A DNA stretch of 64,000 nt from Eledone cirrhosa (taxonomy: Eukaryota): NCBI GenBank assembly GCA_964016885.1, contig OZ024741.1, positions 310,930,001 to 310,994,000 of the forward strand, read 5' to 3'. Made by a program: the position numbers and the translations under genes. The notes under the pieces were generated by a model. The model saw nothing but the letters and a program-made list of their open reading frames with translations, did no database searches and was not told the DNA's origin. Shown here in pieces: positions 11,774 through 26,700 of this stretch (positions are counted from its first letter, which is position 1; each line of letters starts with the position of its first letter).

Positions 11774-12899
11774 AAATGACAAGTCAGTCAATCATATTTG
11801 TGGCCTCCCACAGCCCCGGCGGACAGAATGGAGAAGGCGTTTCTCGGAGAACGGTAAGGTAAACGCGCTGGCAAAGCCATTCCAGCTCGCAAGGCTCACA
11901 AATACGGCTGGCCAGCTCAGCGCCTATGGTGGTGAGAAGGGAGGTAGCCCTAGGGCCGAAAACACCAGAAGTCTCCACTGTCAAAAGTACAACCGCAAAC
12001 CTGTCGGTATTTGAAGGGTTTGGCCTCCTCAGCCCGACGTGCAGCAGAACTTGGCTTAGTCGCGGTTTGCACCAGGTTGCGACTGGAGAAAATGTCGGTG
12101 AAAGTGGCATCCTAGACGAGGGGTTTGCCACCACGGAACGGGAAGATGGTTATGCCAACTGGCCTTTTGCCGTCCCCTTGGTCCAGCCCCACTGGCTCGA
12201 GCTGGGAAGGGAAGCCTGCAGCGTCGAAGCCATGCTTTAGACCTCGTTGAGGGCAGCATGGCGTGGAATGCGGACGACAATGCGGCGACAGGAAAACGAG
12301 TGGAGATCGAAAGAATCCACTGGGGATCCAAGCGACATTGGTGTGGCTCACACATCCGGAGGCAAGCCTCAAGGAAACGCCGATGCGCAGGCTATTGTTA
12401 TCTAGCTGCGTGCCAGTGGAGAAGGAGGGTAAGGCATGGAGCCAGGCACCACTGTGGGGTTTGGAGGCCGCACGAAAGCAGGCAAGGCGGTGCTGGTCGA
12501 GCTGGCGCGTGAGCCCGTCTGAAGCCAGGCTGCACTGGATGGCATCCAAAATGCTTTGGGGAGACTTGACGTCAGAAGGGGAGTCTACTGGGCTAAGTCC
12601 CAGCCGGTCCCACGTCTCACAGGCGGCCTCACGTTCCCTGATTTCAGAAGGTTCCATTGTGTTTTGGAGAACCCTGCTGACGAGGATGTGGTATGGAGAC
12701 CCTCTGGTGTCCCGGCGCAAGGGCTACCTCCCTACTCACCACCATAGGCGCTGAGCTGGCCAGCCGCAGGTGTGAGCCCCGCGAGTTGGAATGGCTTTTC
12801 CAGCGGGTTTTCTTTGCCGTCCTCCGGGGAAACGCCTTCCTTATTCTGTCCGCTGGAGCTGTAGGGAGGCCACCCATATGATTGACTGACTTGTCATTT
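11774..12899 (-). mobile_element. CRE-clade non-LTR retrotransposon 3' portion with inverted duplicate of its 3' end
   Basis: HSGAWLHALPS..G..LDN..LRIGVSLRL, GKRPxGIT..PF.GGKPLV, AVETSGV.GP; 12700-12899 repeats the C-terminus and 3' UTR on the + strand. Confidence 0.8.
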
Positions 12900-13399
12900 T
12901 ATCAATCAGCCATTCCCCACACTTTGTTCTTACCTATTAAAGGAGATTAATAAAACATTTCCAAAAGGATGCACCCTTATTAAAATGAAGGCTTATTGTT
13001 GAAATGACTAAAATGGCCTTCTTGACCGAAGATGCGAGTCAACGTCTTTCGGCATCATTAGGTAGCACAACGGCAAATAAATATATTCTCTATTTCTTTT
13101 TCTCTCTTTCTAATCCGATTCAAATAATTATTTGGCAGTGAATCGATGGCTAATAGCATTTATTATTTGTAGTTATATTTCCATTCTAGGATGTATTCCA
13201 TCATAACAGCACATTCTGCTTCCCAGCATCATGTATTAATCTGTGAATTAATGCCGCGAATGTTTGGGACGAAAAAGTATTTGACTATTGTGTAATCAGG
13301 CAATCCAAGCGTAAAATCATCAATGTAGATTAAACAGATCTTAAATAGAGCTTGGAGCAGATGTTACGTTGGGAGAACATTCGGACTACTATTACTACC

Positions 13400-16300
13400 A
13401 CTGACATGTGCGATATGTCTGTTGTCAACTCTACAAGACAAGGGAGCGGTTAACAACACTATCGCCTCCAGCCTACATCACCACCACTACCGCTACCCTA
13501 AAAACAACCAAGAAAAACAACATCAACAGCTTCAAGATAAACACTAATAACGGTAGCAGCAGCAACAACAACGGTAGTAACAACAACAAGAACAACAAGA
13601 ACGACAACACCAACAACAAGAGCAACAATGAAAGCAACAGCAAACTCAACGGCGGTGCCACATTTGCAGCGGCCGCAGCCAAAACAAGGCGCTTTATTAA
13701 CGTGGATATCAGCGATAAGGAACGACAGTTGGCCCAGGGGTGGAAACTGATTAAATGCGAGAAGTCCTGGGCCAACCTAACCACCACGGACGAGAAAATA
13801 GCAGCTATGCAAAAGAGGACGGTATACTTTCGATGCATTTCAGTGCAAACTCGCAAAGTGGAATTCGCCAGCCAGGCAGAAGTCGAGGCTGCTTTGGAGT
13901 GCATCAAGAGTGACATTGAGTACAAAGCAAGGGCCAAGCAGTTCGGTACCATCTCGGTACTGTTCAAAACCGAGGCCCTTTCTATTAAGCACTCCGTGAA
14001 CCCCTGCAGAGCAGAACGGATTATTATGCATCCGTCCTACATGTGCAAAAGGATAGCAAAGTTCCGCATTCCAGGATCCTACCAGAAATGAACATACGTT
14101 GGTTCTTGGGAGCGTAATTTAGGAGGATACAACCACTACCCTCCTAGATATTAAAAAGAGGGAGAGAGAGAGGACTGGTCCGGAATGGATTTGGAGATTC
14201 TTCTCCAAATGAAACCTAAACAACATCCCGGATTTTGCTCACCTGCAGGACGGGACAACGATTCAATTAATCGCTGAGTGAAGAAGGCCGAACTGCTTCG
14301 TCTGGCGGGAAGCAACGCGTCTGCAAGCCTTCTGCCCTCAGCTAAAAAATGCAGGGTATCGCAACTCTCCTTTGCTGCCAACGCCAGTGTCGACAAGGAA
14401 GCTTCCATCACCACCACTAACAACAACACCAACAATGACACGGGCAGCCCCACCAACAGCAAAAACAGCCGGACCACCACCAACACCGAAACCAAGAGAG
14501 GGAGAAAACGAGGAAATCTCTCCCACTCCACCTACCTCTCAAAATATACACATAAACGGACACACAGACACAGATACACTCACAGCTACAGAACCTTTGT
14601 CTTCCAGTGGAAAACCAAAAAGTGCCAAAACCAAAAGAGAAAATTCACAAAAAAGCCCCCACAAAACACAAAAACATACACAACAAAAAATACAGACACT
14701 ACCAACAGAAGAACAAATAAACACACAGACACCTGAAATTGCAGATACCACACCTACAACAAACATGATCGTACCCGAAACAACACCAACAAAACCATCA
14801 TCATCACAGTCACCGAAACGAAAACAAATAAAACCACACCAACAAAACATTAAAAACTTCGTGCTAGTCAGAAGGGCCAACGAGAAATTGATGCCTCTCT
14901 TAACACGAAGCGAGGACATTCAAACAGATGGGGAGATCTTGGAATTGAAGATTTGTATCTGGTGCGAATGTCGATCGAATCTTACAAAGAAATTCGAGAG
15001 AGCTTTTCTCAGGACGTAGGGACTTTTAAAGGGGTTCCTTAAAAAACGTCACCAATCATGGCAGTTGAACCACTCGACCTTCACAAGACCCCGGGTGGTA
15101 AGTAAACCTCCCCTTTCTCTTTTAGCTTGCCAACATCCCCATATTAAGAGTAGGAAGTTTAAATGTTCTTGGCCTGGGTTCACCCTGGAAGAAGAGTCGC
15201 CTGCTCAACGACCTCAGGTCTCTGGAAATGGATGTGATTGCGGTCAGCGAGACCAGGATTTCCGACACGCGTGCACTAGCCCCCATTTTCAACGACTATC
15301 AGATCTTCGCATCCGTTAGCAGGCCGGGAATTGGAGGTGGGGGTAGCAGTACTGTTTAGGTAAGACCTGGCTCACGAGATAAGGTCGATCTTTCAGAACC
15401 CTGACGGTACTTTGGTGGTCCTGGATGTGAACAATAACGAAGGTGGTGCCTTTAGACTGCTCGCCGTCTACGCCCCTACCGGCGCCGGACGACCAGATTT
15501 CATTAGGCGCCTGGAAGCCTCTCTGGCTACGTCTCGCCCCTTAGTGTTAGCGCGGGAATGGAACGGCATCTTAGACGCCCGCTGGGATTGTGAGGGAGTA
15601 GCTAATAGCACCTAATCACCCAGTTCCAACTGTCTGACAGCAACCGACGAGATTTTCCCAATGCGCTAGTGTGGACGTTGACCAAGCGCATAGGGTCGTC
15701 TAGATCCTATATCGACGGTATCTTCATTAGGAAAATAGATAGAAATAGTGTAGGCTGCCCACTTTTTAAAGCAATACCTATTCAAATCACATATTTGTGA
15801 TCTGTATGGTCGACCTAGATAAAACGCGTAGATTAGGACCTGGTTACTGGAAGCTGAACATATCACTTCCGGCACGTAAGGCTTACAGGGACCAGGTCAA
15901 CAATTTAGTTGCAAAACTTGACAGGGGGCATCGCCAACAACAGATGGTGGGTGGGGGATGCTCACAAAAGAGAGATTAGAGTAACTTTGGTAGGGTTTAA
16001 CAAAGAAGTAGCGTTAGAGAAAAATAGAAAGGAAGGGGAGCTGGTAGATAAGTTAGACGAGGTTATTTGTAGTGACATTGCAACGGACATGCTAGAGGCG
16101 AGAATTGCATTAGACCATTTCTTCAATGCGAAACACGAAGGTTGCATTGTCAGAGCTAAGGCGCGTGCGCTGAGAAACGATGGAACCAAAGCTGTTCGAT
16201 GGGCCCGCGTGACGGAGGCGCAGTGCGGTAATAAAACCACAATTCGGTCTTTGGCGGACCGAGACGGACACGAGATAAGCGATTCCAAGCGGATGTGTGA

Positions 16301-18800
16301 GGACTTAGCCAGCACTTTGCTAGGTTTTTAGGGAAGAGTGGTGAGTCAGAGAGAGTAGCGGATTTCAGTCCCTACCTTGATGGCTTGCCGCGCGTCTCGA
16401 CGGTCGAGGCTGAGCGCTGCGAAAGGCCGATTACTTCAGCCGAAATTCAGGTTACCCTTGTCGGCTGCATGAGGCGCAAGTCACCCGGTTTGGATGGCCG
16501 GCCCTACGGGCTTTACGTAAATATGCCAGACTTGTTCTCCGATCTCCTCGAAGTACTCTACTGCAACTGGCAGCAGAATAGGAGTATTCCCAGTTCTGTG
16601 AGCAGAGGAGTGGTGACACTGATAAGGAAAGACGAGAACAAGAGTGATACATGCAGGCCCATAACGCTGCTCAACACAGAGTTTAAGATTTGGGCCAAGG
16701 TGTTAGCAAAGAAATTGGCGCTTGTCGTCGAGGATTTGGTTGGGGAGGCGCAAACTTGCGCAATCCCAGCCAGGTCCATACATGACAATCTCTACCTCAT
16801 GCGATACATCATAGAGAGGGAAGGGTGTAAATCTGGCTTCGGTGGGTCACTGATCAATTTAGATCAATCGAAAGCATTCATAGGTTCGACCATCGCTATC
16901 TGGAGTTTGTCCTCGAAGCAGCTGGCTTCGGCCCTGTCTTCAGAATCTGTATCACTGCAATGCACAGCGGCACACGCTCGGTGGTCAAGGTTAATGGCCA
17001 CCTCTCGGAACCATTTCGGCTCTCCCGATCGGTCCGTCAAGGTAGCCTTCTCTCTTCCCTTCTGTACGTATTGACTCTCGAGCCTTTACTGCAGAAGCTG
17101 GAGCTGTTGCAGGGCATCCCGCTCGAACCGGGACGTGGAAAGGCGGTGTCGGCTTATGCGGACGACTTCACCGTGATGGTGTCGAACACCTCAGAAATCG
17201 AGGTGGTTGGCACCTTATTGAAAGAATATGAAAGGTGGACAGGAACCAAACTTAACCCGGAAAAGTCAGTGGGCTTGAAGCTCGGAAGAAGCAAGCCCAT
17301 GCCATCCAACAGCGTCGTGGGACGCTGGACGGACGGACCGGTAAATTTGCTCGGGGTTTGGTTCGGACCAGACCTCCAGGTGGAAAAGATTTGGGTCGAG
17401 GTAACGAGCAGAGTAACTAGTCTCACCCAAAAAATTGGCTGGGAGGAAGCTATCACTGAAAGGTCGCGCGGAGGTGGCGAATGCGTACATCGCGTCCGTT
17501 ATCTACTACCGCCTGACCGTTGTGCATTGCCCCCGACCGCGCCCCATCAAGTTGGAACGGCTCCTCTTCAAATTCTTGTGGAGGGGACAAGTTACGTTGG
17601 TGAGGCGGTCCATCTGCTGGCAGCATCCTCTACGTGGAGGGCTGGGCATGCCGTTGCTCATGTTGAACAGGCATGCGTTGACGCTGCGACATCTCCAGAT
17701 ATTCTGCCTAAACGGGGAACAGGTGTGGTCGCCGTTTATCAGACGGGCCTTTCCGCAGCTCGTTTCTTTGACTGAGCTGCAGTCCTGGGTCAAGAAGAGA
17801 CCTAAACTGGGTGACTGGCACCTGGAATATTGTCAGGCACTCACTGCTCCCTACCAAGCAGGCAATGCGATCAGTGGAACTTTCACTCTCGAGATCTATA
17901 GAGGATTAGTGGTGGGGAAGTGCGATGACGCACTCGGAGAAGCTTTGGGCCTCGACGAAGTCGAACTGACCAGTCTGTTCCGGAGAACTTTTGAACAGGG
18001 GACGATGGACAATTTCCAGAAATCCCTCGCTTGGCAGTTCTACCGGGGAGCACTGCCGGTTCGGCATAATCTCTACAGGCACGGAAGTGCTGTCAGACGG
18101 ACCAGCCCAAGATGCGCACAGAACGACGAAACCGTTCTGCACGCACTTGTCCAATGTCTGTGCAATACTGACTTGTGGAGTTATGTCGAACAGCTACTGT
18201 CGCGTGGGGAACGAATCCGGCTATCGGCCGAGTCCATAGTGAAGATCGACCCGCCGCCTTCCTTAGGTCAGGAAGAGCAGGAAATTTTCCTCTGCCTGGT
18301 GGCAGTTGCAAAAGCGGTTATATTATGGTCCAGATTAAAAGGACTGAAGACAGACACTTTTCTCTTCGGCCAATCCCTCACCAGCTTCTTCAAGTTTCAC
18401 CTGGAAATGAAGGTGAGGGTGGAGAGAAAAGTGCTGCTCCTCAGTACATTTGCTAAAAGGTGGATGAATGTGGCGAAAATGGCCCGTGTGAATGGGCCTA
18501 CTCTGACCATGCGCCTATAGGCTAGCTAACTTGAGGAGAGGGGTGCTCTCCCTGGGTGCCCTAGAAACACAGGGTGGTTCAGGATTGGTGGGGTACCCGA
18601 GTCACCCAGAGTCGTCCAACCCCTGGCGGGCAATTTATTTAGTTATATTTATGCATAATTTATTTTATATTTTTTATATCTTCATTGTTAAATTAGTCTT
18701 GCCATTGTGCACTTTTACCCGACCTTATTGTAAACCCTCACCGTCCCCGTCTTTGTATTGTCCCATACATGTCGGCCCTTGTGGTTAATAAATGAAATCA
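13400..18800 (+). mobile_element. Tx1/L1-clade LINE copy A, near full length, disrupted
   Basis: ORF1 pieces 13408-15100; APE, RT (PGLDG, RPITLLN, YADD) and zinc-finger ORF2 pieces ~15140-18520; 3' end AATAAATGAAATC then (ATT)n. Confidence 0.9.
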
Positions 18801-18822
18801 TTATTATTATTATTATTATTAT

Positions 18823-21800
18823 TACAGTTGCATTTATCTTGCTCTATGTTCATAGGAGTTATCACCAAGTCACAACCAGTGACCTCAAGAGACAACAAGG
18901 TCCGCCATGTTCAAGAAAGTACATACATACTCACACATGCATCTTTAGTGTTTAGACTTGTGATGTACTTATATTGACAGAATCTTCCTTAGTATATGGG
19001 CAGTTCCCATTAGTACTATCTTTTGTATTTCTCCTATACGCGGGTTTCCTGGTATTAGCGATAAGTAATCATTAGACCCCTTAGGTATCATTCCCAGATC
19101 GCCTACAACCACTGGTATTGTTTTAGTTCTCAATTTCCACATTTTTCCAATTTCTATCTCCAGGTCCTTATAATTGCTCAATTTTTCAAATGTTTTTATA
19201 GATACATTCTTGTCTAATGGAACGGACATATCAATTAGCAGGCATACCCTCTTTTTAAAGTCCTTAAATATCATACCAGGTCTATTTGCATCTATTTTCG
19301 GTCTGTTTGGATGCTAAAGTTCCACAAGATTGAGATGTGATCTTTTTCAAGTATGGGAGGTGGTTGATGTTCCCACCAATTCTTTTGATGGGGCAGGTCA
19401 AAATGCTTACACATTATCCAATGTATGTATTGTGCAGCTCTGTCATGCCTGTTTAGGTATTCGGTTGGAGCTATAGGACTGCACATTGAAATTATATGGT
19501 CAATGGTCTCTGGTTGTTTTTTACATACACGGCATAATGGGCTGCATCCATTTTTTATTATGTTGGCTTGGTAATTTTTTGTTGGCAGACACTAATCTTG
19601 TGCTGATATAATCAGTCCTTCAGTCTCCGATTTCAGTCCAGAGGATGCCAACCACTGATGTGTTAAAGTTACGTCAACATCAGGATTGTTAGCTCGTTCT
19701 GGGTATTTTCCATACAGAGGCTTTTCTTGCCATTTCTTAGCCAGTTTCTGTAGCAGTTCTTTATTTGCAGTTACTTTTACCTGCTTTGCTTTTTCTGTGT
19801 TTTCCATTTCAGCAGTAAATGGGACTTGTGAAATTTGTAGTCCATTATTCGTGTTTCAAAACGCGTTTGATCTTCCAATCATGTGATTCCTAGAAATGTA
19901 GATAATCCAATTGTTGCAGTTTTCAACGCAATGTCTAACTGGATTAACCCACGTCCTCCTTCTTTCCTAGGGAGATATATTCTATCTATATCTGCCTTAG
20001 GGTGATGCATTCTGTGCATGGTTAAGAATTTTCGAATTTTTGTATCGAGCCTACGCATTTCTGTGCTTGACCAGTTGATGACATTGTAACTGTAGGTTAC
20101 TACTGGTATGGCAAGCGTGTTTATGGCATCGATCCTAGTCCTTGCATTCAATTCCGTTCTTAAGATTGCTCTTACTCTGCGGTAACATTCCTTCCTTATC
20201 CTTTCCCTCATTGTCGAGTGCTTGATTCCGTCTCCTTCACAAACACCTAGATATTTGTAAGTTTTTTCTTGAATCAAGTTCTCTTATCACGTTCCCCCGA
20301 TCAAGATTAATGTCTGAACTCTTCAGCAGCTTTCCTCTGGTGAACGTTGCTTTGGCGCATTTATCTAGTCCAAACTCCATTTTAATGTCATCACTGAACT
20401 GCTCCACAGTGGATAATATCCCTTGCAATTGTTCATCATTTTTTGCAAATAGTTTCAGGTCATCCATGTAGAACAAGTGACTAATGGTTTTGTCATAGAC
20501 TTTATATCCATGTTTTGTTTCATTGAGCATTTTATTTAATGGTATAAGTGCGATGCAGAATAAAAGCGGTGATAAAGAGTCACCCTGAAAAATTCTACAA
20601 TTAATATTAACTTCTCCAGCTTCCAGTGATTTTGTTTCACTATTCAAAAGGAGTGTCGTTTTCCATGTCTTCATACTGAATGACAAAAACCTCCTGACAA
20701 CGGGGTATATTTTGAAAATCTCTAAACACTTTTCAATCCAACTGTGTGGCAAACTATCGAATGCTTTTTTATAATCTATCCAAGCAATCGATAGATTTTT
20801 GTGTCTATTATGACAATCTTCCAGTATCATTTTGTTAACCAAAAGCTGATCCTTCCAGCCATATGAGCCTCGTTTACACCCTTTCTGCTCAATGGGAAAT
20901 AGGTCATTTGTTATCAGGTGGTCATATGTGTATTCAGTTAGGACTGATGTTAAAATGTTATACATTGTGGTCAAGCAATTTATCGGTCTGTAATTTTGGG
21001 GATTGTTTGTCTCATCATTCTTCGGTAGCAGGAATGTAATGCCGTTAACTAGCCATGATGGTATCTTTTCTGGCTCCTTAAGTATTTCATTGTAAAGTTG
21101 GGCTAACAGCTCATGAGACTCTGTGACGGCATTTATCTAAAAGTTTTGTATTTTGTCTTTTCCTGGGGATTTCCATTTGCTAGTTTTTCTTAGAGCCAAG
21201 CGCAACTGTTCAACTGTTATATTTTCCCATATTTGTTCCTCAAGGTGAGCTGTATCTTTTATTTGTCTGTCTATCCATGGGGCATGCATGTTATGAACTT
21301 TTTCTTCGGCCCAGATCTTTTCCCAGAATTCTTGCACTTCCTCCTTGGGTGGTATTGATTTAGCAGTTATTGTTGACTTACCAATTTTTCTCTAGAAGTT
21401 TCTTTGGTTGTTTTTGAACATATTATTGTCCTTATAGAATCTAGATCGTTTTTCAAAGCGCCTTATACGAGCAGCTTTGGCCGACACTTTTTGCTTGATT
21501 ATTTCTATCAGCATGTCTATGTCACTTGTTGATTTTATACTGTACTTTTTTTCAATTTTCTAAGTTTAGTTTGTTTAACATGTTCACCTACTTTATAGTT
21601 TGTTAAAATTTCTATGTCAGATCGGAGAAGGTTTATTTGGCGATTGATGTTCTCTTGCCAAGTAGATTTCTTGTGGGAATTCCTTTGTTTTTTCATCTTC
21701 ACTCCACATAAGTGAGTGGTGACTTTAGCCGATGCATAATAGAGATGATTTAAATCAGTAATGTTTAGTTTGTTTGTGATGATAATGTTTTTGAGAATTA

Positions 21801-22730
21801 TGTCAGTCTTGTGTATTATCTTTTGGTTCTGTTTGGAGTTCTGGATCTTAGGGAGGGTGTCTCGTTGCCCCATGTCAGATTCTTTCATTTTCATCCATTC
21901 GATCATAATTTCATCCTTCAAGTTGGCAAGTTCATTCTCATTCATTTCTTTATCATTTACGATCTCATTATGTTCATTTCGAGTTTCATCTTGAGCATGC
22001 ACTCCCTCCACTTTTTCGATCCTTTCTTTAATTTGTTCTGTTGCCAGTGATTCCGCCCCAACCCTGGGATTCGAAGTGTTACAATTTACCTCGTTTTCAC
22101 TGACACATGTTTCATTTTCCCTTCGCTGACTTTGTGCTAATAGCTTGATCTGATCAATTTCTATATCAGTTAGTAACTTTTTTCTTACAATATTTCTTCG
22201 TATATTGGCTAGTTTGTTACTGTCAATATAGCCTCTGTTTTCGGGATGTTTCTTTTTCCAGTTGATATATGTCTGTTACGTATTCGATGTATTTGATGGG
22301 TAGTACATGGCAGTGTAGAAAGCCTCAAGGACTTCTTTATTATCTTCCCTTGACCATTTTTCTCTCTTTTTCTTTGGATTTCTTGGTGGTGAGCATGGAG
22401 GGCCAACAGTAGGAGTATTCCGGTTATGGCAGGTCTCCAGCTCCGAAGTGATGGGAAGGTTTGAACCATTAGCTGATTCTTCGACCCCAGTCTGGTTCCT
22501 CTCTGAGGGACGCGGCCCTTTTTTACCCGGGTGACGGCCGATCCGGTATGAGATTTTATCATTAGACATTTACTTTATTTTGTCGTTTTTATCCTTATCC
22601 GCCAAGGGGTAATCATTTCGTGTTACCACTTCTAGAACGAGTGTCAACCAAGACTAGAGGGGTCGTTCTCCCCTAGAGACACGGCTATTCCTCGCCGGCC
22701 GCCATCCCGGTATTTCTTGGTCACGGGGTT
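18823..22730 (-). mobile_element. R4/Dong-clade LINE, disrupted
   Basis: Single ORF in pieces from ATG 22569: PGKDKI, WIDYKKAFDS, QGDSLSPLLF, YMDD, CCHC, RHD, RP..D/DMSVP REL nuclease; 3' end abuts (TAA)n. Confidence 0.9.
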
Positions 22731-22749
22731 TTCTTTTTTTTTTTTTTTA

Positions 22750-23680
22750 AATTGTTATTATCATGAGTGGTTCCTTAATGTGAGCATTGCGTGGCTTAAG
22801 AATGAAAGTATTAATAATTGTCTCCACTCCAGGCACAAGGCCAGCAATCACCCAGTGCATTACAATAATATGATATACTTTTTGCTGAAGTTGCCTGTTA
22901 TTGTTGTTGGCTATGTCGGTGGTGGTGATGGGGCTTTTTATATTGTTGGTGAGGAAGGGGTGAGCCAGCAGTGCCATAGTTGTTGATGTTGACGTTTGGC
23001 CGGTGGCCAGGTCACTAAGTCAATCTATTTATATCTTTTGCTAGCCTCTCCCTTGTCTAGTGATACCGCCACCTTCCCCTTTCTCTCTCAAGTTAACAGG
23101 GGAATAGTGGTGGTAGCAATGAAGGAGTGGTGGTGGCGGCGATGGGATAGTGGTAGCAATGATGGATGGAGTGGTGGAGGCGGTGGCGTTGTCGTTACTG
23201 AGTTTTGTGATATGTAGTATATATGAGTTTGTGTCGCGTATGTTTAATATATATTGTGTTGACATATTCCCGTAAAATTGGAATTAAACATTTTGTTAAA
23301 ACTTGAGACAATAATAATAGTAATTATTATTATGATGCTGGGATTGGTGGTGGTGGTGGTGAAATTTCCGTTATCTGGTTGTTATATTTAGTGTGATGGG
23401 GTAGGTGGTGTATCAAGTTTCTGGTGTTGGTGAAATTGCTGTTATTTGGCTGTTCTATATAGTGTAGACAGAGGGTGTTTGCCTCCATTTATAACCCTTT
23501 TCTTTTTTGAATACAAAATATATAATACAAAATTGAATATTTGAGCGATATAACAATATAATATGGATCCGAAATTTTATGGGACTTGATTCGGTGGTTT
23601 ATGCAACATTTGTACTAAGAATTGTTATTTCACAATTGATTTAAATATGTTAAAAATCAAAAACTTACGGGAGCGATTTC
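22750..23680 (-). mobile_element. Tx1-type 5'UTR plus ORF1 start fragment
   Basis: Starts ATCGCTCCCGTAAGTTTTTG (cf. + strand Tx1 starts ATCGCCGGTAAGCTTT, ATCGTCGGTAAGTTTT); NFTNTRNL resembles FANTKNL of copy B ORF1; homologous to 27400-28260. Confidence 0.55.
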
Positions 23681-23710
23681 ATTATTATTATTATTATTAT
23701 TGTTGTTGTT

Positions 23711-26700
23711 ATTCCTTGAATCTCAGTCATTGATGTTGGTTAACTGGAAAGTCCGTTGGATTGAATATCAAACCACTACCTGCAGCCTCAGATATTCAGG
23801 ACGTATCGGAGGGTTCTTGCTGTTCCAAGCAAGCATGCCTTTTGAAGCGTTCCAAAAAGCGTGAAGGGGCCGATTTTCTTTAACCATCCCTGGAAACCTT
23901 TGGAGATAGTCCCCAGTGCGCCTATGACAATCGGGATCACTTTGACTTCATGGCAGTTCCAAATCCTTTTCACCTCCCACTTTAGGTCCTGGTATCGGTT
24001 AATTTTCTCCCTCTCCTTCTCTTGCACTCTCGTGTCGAACGGGCAGGCCACATCCACAATCAGGCACGATCTTTTTTCTTTGTCCACAACCACCAGGTCA
24101 GGTCTATTGTGTTCCAGTTTTTTGTCCGTCTGTATCCTAAAATCCCACAGCACCTTCACCTGACTGTTCTCCATCACCGCCTCTGGCCTATGCTCATACC
24201 ATTTCTCAGAATGTGGTAGATTGTTTACTTTGCACAGGTGCCAGTGGATCACCCTGCCCATCACATCGTGTCTCCAGCCCTTATAGTGGGTCTGGGCTAG
24301 GTGTTTACACTCGGACACAATGTGAGCCACAGTCTCCTCTCTCTCTCCACAGATCCTGCACAGTGGGCTAGCCTCCTCCTTGTAGATATGGTGCTTCAAC
24401 CACTTCGTTTTGAGGGCCTGCTCCTGCGCAGCCATTAGCATTCCTTCTGTAGCCTTTTTGAGATCTCCCCTTCTCAACCAGTTCCATGTCTGTGGATCTC
24501 TAAATTCAGTTTTCTCAAAGAAGGTACTATGAAGGGATTTTCCCTTAAGGCTGCTCTTCCTCCTTGATGTTATTTCCTCCTTGGACATCCCCTGGCCTAC
24601 TGTCCCCTCCTTCAGTACAGTTCTGAGCATTGGCTCCTTACTATAGGTCACGTATTTGTATAGGTTGTTTTTCTCCATCTGAACACAGTCCTCTATGCTG
24701 ATAAGACCTCTTCCACCCTCAGATCTCCTTAGGTAGAGTCTATCGACATCACTCCTCTTGTGGAACATGTTGTAGATAGTCAATAGCTTCCTAGTCTTCC
24801 TATCCATTTCTTTTTGTTCAGCAACATTCCATCTCAGAATTCCCGCACTGTACCTAATAATAGACACAGCTCGGGAATTTACTGCGCTTATGGCATTTCT
24901 GCTGTTCAGATGTGACTTCAATACGCTCCTTACTCTCCGAATGTATTCAGTTCTTAACAATTCCTTCATTTTTTTGTTCTTTATGCCATCAGCCTCCAGA
25001 ACGCCCAAATACTTGTATCCTTCCTCAGAGTCAATTTCCTTTATCATCTCACCTGTTGGTATCTGGATCCCGTTACTTCTGCTCAACCTACCCCTCTTCA
25101 TCACAATGACTCCACATTTACCAATACCAAACTGCATACATATATCACTGCTGAAAATACGGACAGTGTTAACAAGCACATCCAACTCCTTCTCACTTTT
25201 CCCGAAGAGCTTAAGATCGTCCATGAAGAGGAGGTGATTGATGGTAAGCTCTCCCCTTCCCAACTTGTATCCTGCTCTCACTTTTCGCAGCATAATGGTC
25301 AAGGGCATCAGGGCAAGGACAAACAACAGAGGGGACAGGCTATCTCCCTGGAAGATACCTCTCTTGATCTTCACGCTTCCCAAGGATACTCCAGTTGATG
25401 TTAACTCTGTCTCCCAGGACCCCATACTCCTGCCCAGCAACTGTCTGATGTTATCTGCCACCCTGAAGACCTCCAGGCTTTTGGTGATCCAGGAATGAGG
25501 CACCATGTCAAATGCCTTTCTGTAGTCTATCCATCCCATGGCAAGATCAGTGTGTCTCCTCCTGCAATTCCCCATTACCATCTTATCAATAAGCAACTGG
25601 TCCTTTGTACCACGTGACTTCTTTCGGCATCCTTTCTGTTCGTCCGGTAACAAGTTGTTTGTGTGGAGGTGATGGTAGATTTCCTCAGACACAATGCTCG
25701 TCAACAGTTTCCACATTACGGGCAGACATGTGATAGGTCTATAGTTGGTAACATCATTACCCTTGATTCGGTCTTTCATTATCAGAACTGTGGTACCTTT
25801 TGTCAACCACTCTGGCACCTCACCCGACACCAAGCAGTCATTGAACATGGCCGTCAGCTTCGGGTGGAGGGATGTTAAATGTTTAATCCAATACCCCTGC
25901 ACACCATCTGGGCCTGGTGATTTCCAGTTGGTTAGTTTTTTGGCTTGCCCCTTAAGAGTTTCAACTGTGATACTCAAATCAGTCTGTTGTTGTGCCTTCT
26001 CACCGATCTCCCTCTGTACTGTCTCAATCCACCCTGCCTGGGCATTGTGTCTAACATCCTTCTCCCATATTCCTCTCCAGAATGTTTTAGCTTGTTCCGC
26101 CCCAGGGATCAAGTCGTTGCCTCTTTCTTTCCCCTCAAGCTGTCCAAACAGCATCTTCTGGTTGTTGTCGAACATGCGGTTCTGTTTATACTGACTGACT
26201 CTGTTCTCGTATCGCCTGATTTTGGCACTCTTTGCTACAATGCGTTGCTTCAATTCCTCTATGATAATATTTAGCTTTTTACTCCTAGTTTTGTATTTTA
26301 TTTCCAGTCTATTTTTAGTGCCTATGTTTTTTAGTGTCCCATTCAGTAGTGACTCAAGCTTTCCTATGTCATTTCTCATTTCCCCGATTTGCCCACTCAG
26401 TCGCTTCTTCCACCACGGCTCTGCTCTTTCTTGTCTGTTGTTTCCTCTCGCTTTTATACCAAGTAGTTTCCTCACCGTATTTGCTGTTGCTTTGAGGATA
26501 TTGTTGCACTGGTGAAGACTCCTCGCCTCAAGGTATGGGATGACTTTGTTTACCTTAGCTGTTGTTTCTTTTAACTTTTTCCTGTCTACAAATCTTAGGT
26601 TCATAGGTCTCCCACTATCATTGTTCAATTCATCTACCACTAGATTTAGGATGTCAACCGAATCTTGTCCTAGCCCGTCAGCATTCATCTCCTCAGTGGC

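Noticed and set aside
13044-13064. Minus-strand CTAATGA-TGCC-GAAA minimal hammerhead
   Set aside because: Core G mutated, no valid stem III or cleavage triplet, no stem I
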